This document shows, piece by piece, positions 60,044 to 64,000 of a stretch of 64,000 nt of DNA. The stretch is from contig CAZVPI010000013.1 of the NCBI GenBank assembly GCA_964628035.1, forward strand, positions 3,251 through 67,250, in the 5' to 3' direction. The notes beneath the pieces were generated by a model. The model had not been told where the DNA came from. It saw nothing but the letters and a program-made list of their open reading frames with translations, and did not search any database. The DNA is from an uncultured Clostridia bacterium. GTDB taxonomy: Bacteria > Acidobacteriota > Aminicenantia > UBA2199. Position 1 is the first letter of the stretch. Each line of letters starts with the position of its first letter. A program made the position numbers and the translations under genes.

Positions 60044-60080
60044 TTCTTGCTAATGTCTAACGTCTAACGTCTACCGTCTG
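60044..60080 (-). repeat. Inverted (minus-strand) heptamer array AGACGGT AGACGTT AGACGTT AGACATT AGCAAGAAAAAAA that includes the stop codon of the Ser/Thr kinase gene.
   Basis: Reverse complement of 60044-60080. The last codons TCA GAC GGT AGA CGT TAG of the kinase are built from the repeat. Confidence 0.75.
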
Positions 60081-63000
60081 AGTTCGGATAGAGCTTGTCC
60101 AGCTCGGCCGCGATCTCGGCCAGCGTCGGCCTCTTCGCCGGATCCTTGTCGATCATGGCCGCGATCAACGCCTCCAGCGCCGGCGGCGTCTCCGGGTTGA
60201 TCTCCCGCGCCGGCACCGGGTAGGTCTCGAGGATGCGGTGGATCACCTCGCCGGTCGCCTCGGACCAGAACGGCTTGGCCGCGGTCAGCATCTCGTAGAG
60301 GATGATGCCGGCCGAATAGATGTCGCCGGCGACCGACGAGACGCCCCGCTGGATGCGCTCGGGAGGCAGGTAGCGGACGGTGCCCATGACCACTCCCGAC
60401 ATCGTCAGCCGCGACTGGGCAGGGGTGATGGCCAGTCCGAAGTCGAGGAGCTTGACGAGCGGCCGGCCGCCGCCGCCGTCCAGAACCATGATGTTTTCGG
60501 GCTTCAGGTCGCGGTGCAGGATCTCCCGGCCGTGGATGGCCTTCAGGGCCTCTACGACCTGGCGCATGACCACGACGGCCTCCTGCGGCCGGAAGCGCCC
60601 GCGCTCGCGTATGAGGCGGGCCAGCGTGGCGCCCGACAGCAGCTCCATGGCGATGTAGAAGCAGTCGTCGCTCTCGCCGCGCTCGAAGACGCGCACGATG
60701 TGCGGGTGGTCCAGGCCGGCGGTGATCTGCGACTCGTGGCGGAAGCGGCGCTTCTGGGCCTCGTCGTGGAAATTCTCCTCCTTCAGCAGCTTGAGGGCCA
60801 CCACCCGTTTCTCGCCCAGCAGGTCCTGGGCCTTGTAGACCGTGGCCATGCCGCCGCTGCCGATCGTTTCCAGGATCTTGTAGTGGCCGACCTGCGTCTT
60901 CTTTTTCCAGAATTTCACGGCGCGCAGGTATTTCCGCAGCAGCTGCCAGGAGAAGGCCGACAGCGCGGCGAAGGCCAGGGCGGCCAGGGAGAGGAACCAC
61001 CAGGTCTGGTGAACGAAGGGCCGCAGGACGAAGAGGAACTCGGCGCCGGACCGGTTCCACACGCCGTCGGCGTTGGCGGCGATGACGCGGAAGCGGTAGC
61101 GGCCGGGCCGCAGGTCGTTGTAGAAGGCCTGGCGCCGGTTGCCGGCGTCGACCCAGTCCCGTTCATAGCCCTCCAGCTTGTAGCGGAAGACGATCTTGTC
61201 GGAGCGGACGAGGCTCAGGGCGGTGTAGGCGAACTCGAGCTTGCGGCGGCCGGCAGGAAGCGAACAGGGGCCGGCCGCGCCGGCGCCCGGCAGGGGCAGG
61301 CTGCGGCCGTCGGCCAGGGCCCGCTCGATGCGCACCGCCGGCACGCGCCCATTGCGGCGGATGCGGGCGGGATCGATGCCGGCCACGCCGGCGAGGTTGG
61401 CGAACCACAACCTCCCCTGCTCGTCGCGCCAGCCGGCCGGGTCGCCGTAGTTGCAGATCCGGCTGGCCATGCCGTCGGTCTCGTCAAAAAGGCGGCCGCT
61501 CACCCTGGGTCTGCGGCCGAAAGCCGCCGCCTCAAGATCGCCGGCCGCGACGCGGAACAGGCCGCGCTCGCTGCTCAGCCACAAGTGGCCCAGGCCGTCG
61601 GCGAGGATGGCGTAGATCCGGCTGTCGAACAGCCCCTGCCCGGCCGACACCGAACCCCAGCGGCCCTGGCGGAGGACCTTGATCCCCTGATGCGTGCCGA
61701 TCCAGAGGCCGCCTCCGCCATCATCGAAAAAAGACGTCACATGACAACCGGCAAGGAAGGGCTCGGCGACGAACCGGGCCCCGGGCCCGGGCGCCATCAC
61801 CGCCATGCCGTTCTCGCAACCGGCCCAGATGCCGCCGCCGGGGCCGGCGTGCAGCGCCGAGACGAAGTTCCCGGGCAGACCGTCGGCCGCGGAGTAGGCG
61901 GTGACGTTTCCGCCGCTCAGGCAGTGCACGCCCATGCCCCAGGTGCCGATCCACAGCCTTCCCTGCCGGTCGCTGGCGAGGCAGCGCACCTCGACATCGT
62001 GGGCGACGCCGGGAAGCCCCCGCCGCTCGACGCGCCCGCGGCGCAGGCGCATCAGTCCCGCGGAGGTTCCCAGCCACAGCGCGCCGCCGGGGCCGGCCTC
62101 CAGGGCGTAGACCGCGTGGTCGCGGTCCGCCCCCGGCAGCCGCAGCCCGTCGCAGCGCCCGCCGCGGATCCGGTTCAGGGTCCCGCCGCTGCCGCCCACC
62201 CAGAGCATCCCGTTCCCGTCGCCATGGAGGCAGCGGAACTTGTTGCCGACCAATCCTTCGCGGTCGGTGAAGGAGGTGATCTTCTCGTCGCGGATCTGGA
62301 TCAATCCCCCGTCCAGGGCCCCCACCCACAGCGAGCCCTCGGCGTCCTCGCACAGGGCGTACACCCAGTCGCTCCCCAGCCCCCGGTTTTTGCCGATGGC
62401 CTGCCAGTCGCTCCGGTTCCAGCGGTACAGCCCGCTTTCGCTGCCCACCCAAAGGTTGCCGTCGCGGTCCTCGACCAGCGAAGTAACCAGGGAGCGGAAA
62501 CCTCCCGGAGGCGCGATCTCCTGCCAGCTTCCTTCGCGGGTGCGGGCCAGCCCGTCCTCACAGCCCAGCCACAGCCAGCCGTCACGGCCGGGGAGGATGG
62601 CATAGATGTCGCCGCCCTTCAGCCCGGAGGCGGGCAGGACGCGGTTCCATTCGTCGCCTTCCAGCCGCAACAGCCCATCCCCGGCCACACTGGCCAGGAG
62701 CCGACCGGAGCGGTCCTTGGCCAGGGTCAGAATCGCAGCGCCGCCCAAGCCGGGATCCCGGGCCAGCTCGCCGCCAGCGCCGGCAAGGCGGCGGAAGAGC
62801 CCGGCCGAGGTCCCGACCCAAAGATCTCCGCGGCCGTCCTCGGTGATGCAGGAGAACGAGATGCGCGAAACCTCCGGGGCAAGCGCATGCGAGCGAAAGA
62901 CGCCCTGCTCCAGGCTGAGCAGCTTTCCGCGCATGGTGCCGATCCAGAGGACACCGCGGCGGTCGAAGTAGAGGTTGCCGACAAGATTGTCCTGGAAAAC

Positions 63001-63258
63001 GGGAGTGTTGCCGCTGTGGAAAATGTCGAAGTTCGCCCCGTCGAAGCGCACCAGCCCCTCGGCCGTGCCCAGCCACAGGAAGCCGGAACGGTCCTGGGCG
63101 ATCGCCATGACCGAGCTGTTGGGCAGTCCCCTCTCGCTCTTCCAGACGTTGACGGCGTACTGGGTGATCCTTTTTTCGGGATCCAGCCCTGCCAGCGTCC
63201 CCGCCTGCAGCAGCAGCCAGGCAAGAGCCAGCGCCGGGACCGCCCCGTTCCGCCTCAT
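60064..63258 (-). CDS. Transmembrane Ser/Thr protein kinase with a large periplasmic sensor region made of Reg_prop (two-component regulator propeller) repeats and a Y_Y_Y domain.
   Basis: Signal peptide. At least ten W.GT..GL-type propeller repeats. Y_Y_Y segment FRYKLEGYERDWVDAGNRRQAFYNDLRPGRYRFRVIAANADGVW. TM helix WWFLSLAALAFAALSAFSW. Hanks kinase subdomains GSGGMATVYKA, ALKLL, HRDLKPENIM, DFGLA, GTVRYLPPE. Confidence 0.85.
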   Translation of the reverse strand: MRRNGAVPALALAWLLLQAGTLAGLDPEKRITQYAVNVWKSERGLPNSSVMAIAQDRSGFLWLGTAEGLVRFDGANFDIFHSGNTPVFQDNLVGNLYFDRRGVLWIGTMRGKLLSLEQGVFRSHALAPEVSRISFSCITEDGRGDLWVGTSAGLFRRLAGAGGELARDPGLGGAAILTLAKDRSGRLLASVAGDGLLRLEGDEWNRVLPASGLKGGDIYAILPGRDGWLWLGCEDGLARTREGSWQEIAPPGGFRSLVTSLVEDRDGNLWVGSESGLYRWNRSDWQAIGKNRGLGSDWVYALCEDAEGSLWVGALDGGLIQIRDEKITSFTDREGLVGNKFRCLHGDGNGMLWVGGSGGTLNRIRGGRCDGLRLPGADRDHAVYALEAGPGGALWLGTSAGLMRLRRGRVERRGLPGVAHDVEVRCLASDRQGRLWIGTWGMGVHCLSGGNVTAYSAADGLPGNFVSALHAGPGGGIWAGCENGMAVMAPGPGARFVAEPFLAGCHVTSFFDDGGGGLWIGTHQGIKVLRQGRWGSVSAGQGLFDSRIYAILADGLGHLWLSSERGLFRVAAGDLEAAAFGRRPRVSGRLFDETDGMASRICNYGDPAGWRDEQGRLWFANLAGVAGIDPARIRRNGRVPAVRIERALADGRSLPLPGAGAAGPCSLPAGRRKLEFAYTALSLVRSDKIVFRYKLEGYERDWVDAGNRRQAFYNDLRPGRYRFRVIAANADGVWNRSGAEFLFVLRPFVHQTWWFLSLAALAFAALSAFSWQLLRKYLRAVKFWKKKTQVGHYKILETIGSGGMATVYKAQDLLGEKRVVALKLLKEENFHDEAQKRRFRHESQITAGLDHPHIVRVFERGESDDCFYIAMELLSGATLARLIRERGRFRPQEAVVVMRQVVEALKAIHGREILHRDLKPENIMVLDGGGGRPLVKLLDFGLAITPAQSRLTMSGVVMGTVRYLPPERIQRGVSSVAGDIYSAGIILYEMLTAAKPFWSEATGEVIHRILETYPVPAREINPETPPALEALIAAMIDKDPAKRPTLAEIAAELDKLYPNSDGRR

Positions 63259-63271
63259 GGCAGGCGATGCC

Positions 63272-63469
63272 TTACATGGCCGGGATCGTGGAACGGCAGA
63301 CCCTCAGCTCGAGCATGCCCTCCTCGCCGGCGAAGATCTTCTCCAGCCTGGCCAGGGCCCGGGAGGCTTCGGCGTACTTCTTGCCCTTGCGCTTCTCCGC
63401 TGGAACGGAATCGAGATAGGCGCGCATCTTGGCCAGGAGCAGATTGACATTGGCTTTCTTGATATCCAT
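63272..63469 (-). CDS. Small hypothetical protein (65 aa) just upstream of, and probably co-transcribed with, the Ser/Thr kinase.
   Basis: GAGGAGG RBS. 13-nt gap to the kinase start. No recognisable domain. Confidence 0.4.
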   Translation of the reverse strand: MDIKKANVNLLLAKMRAYLDSVPAEKRKGKKYAEASRALARLEKIFAGEEGMLELRVCRSTIPAM

Positions 63470-63578
63470 CCATTACCTCCTCGAACAGCATGTGCCCGAA
63501 TTGTACGCGAAAAGAAGAGCGAACTCAACGCGCGGCCCTCTTGCCCGCGGCGGCGTGGACGGCTACAATGGCGGCGGC

Positions 63579-64000
63579 ATGAACCGCCTCTCCTCCCTGT
63601 CCCTGGTCACGGGCACGGCCTGCAATTTTTCCTGCCCGTACTGCCTGCAGAGGCGGGACGCGAAGCGGCTGCGCTTCGCCGACATCGCGCGGTTCCTCGA
63701 CTGCCTGAAGCCGCACCTGGCCGACGAGGTCTGGCTGGGGTTCCACGGCGGCGAGCCCCTGCTGCAGTGGCCGCTGATCGAGCGCGTGACGCGGCACGCG
63801 GCCCGGGCCGGCGGCGTGCGCTTCCGCTTCGCCCTGACCAGCAACGGCTCGCGGCTCGGCCGCGAGCACATCCGCTTCTTCCGCCGGCACGGCTTCGACC
63901 TGGGGATCAGCTGCGACGGCCTGGCCCAGGCGCAGCGCGACGCCGGCAGCGTCGCTGCCGTCGAGAGGGCGCTGGAGGAGCTGCGCCGCCTTTATCCCGG
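63579..64000 (+). CDS. Radical SAM protein (anaerobic sulfatase-maturase / SPASM-like), 3'-truncated at the window edge.
   Basis: ATG at 63579. CxxxCxxC cluster GTACNFSCPYC. Downstream GGEPLL and TSNG motifs typical of the SPASM/AnSME subfamily. Confidence 0.7.
   Translation, partial: MNRLSSLSLVTGTACNFSCPYCLQRRDAKRLRFADIARFLDCLKPHLADEVWLGFHGGEPLLQWPLIERVTRHAARAGGVRFRFALTSNGSRLGREHIRFFRRHGFDLGISCDGLAQAQRDAGSVAAVERALEELRRLYP

Noticed and set aside
60238-63447. 1069-aa plus-strand ORF
   Set aside because: Antisense to the Reg_prop Ser/Thr kinase gene, whose domains are clear.

Overview
High-GC (about 65-70%) bacterial chromosomal segment, gene-dense on both strands; about 60 features supported. 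Main blocks in order: (i) 3..9043, three consecutive giant PAS-rich hybrid histidine kinases, each starting with a receiver (REC) domain; two use a HisKA_2 catalytic core and the middle one carries an in-frame TAA. (ii) 9108..15895, a module on the minus strand consisting of a sigma-54 activator (NtrC family), a textbook -24/-12 promoter, and genes for a secreted HExxH protein, a hypothetical protein, a PilT-family ATPase with an N-terminal extension and a small secreted protein, with a divergently transcribed membrane PAS/HisKA_2 kinase. (iii) 16093..19780, a small PAS protein, arfB, a coiled-coil membrane protein and a small membrane protein. (iv) 19830..29095, msrB-msrA fusion, a UPRTase-like gene, a Tat-secreted DUF362 protein, a translationally coupled purM / 13-aa-repeat secreted protein / tupABC (tungstate-type ABC transporter) operon, comF and a hypothetical protein. 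(v) 29392..48507, a compact division/cell-wall (dcw) cluster mraZ-rsmH-ftsL-ftsI-murE-murF-murD-ftsW-murC-ftsQ-ftsA-ftsZ on the minus strand that lacks mraY, murG and ddl, with murB displaced about 5 kb downstream, followed by amidohydrolase, MEMO and pcnB genes. (vi) 48638..58605, nrdJ (class II B12 ribonucleotide reductase), cNMP/FHA protein, birA, valS, a REC protein with a long acidic linker, a stand-alone B12-binding domain protein, an M23 peptidase and a lipoprotein. (vii) 58789..64000, a second small PAS paralog, a roughly 950-bp low-GC island built from heptamer (AGACGTY)n arrays and nested inverted repeats enclosing a DUF2892 mini-gene, a 1064-aa protein with a periplasmic Reg_prop/Y_Y_Y sensor fused to a Ser/Thr kinase, and a truncated radical-SAM/SPASM gene. 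Several canonical TTGACA-N17/18-TAtAAT promoters stand out against the GC-rich background. All long antisense ORFs were rejected as GC-driven artefacts. No rRNA, tRNA or CRISPR array was recognised.
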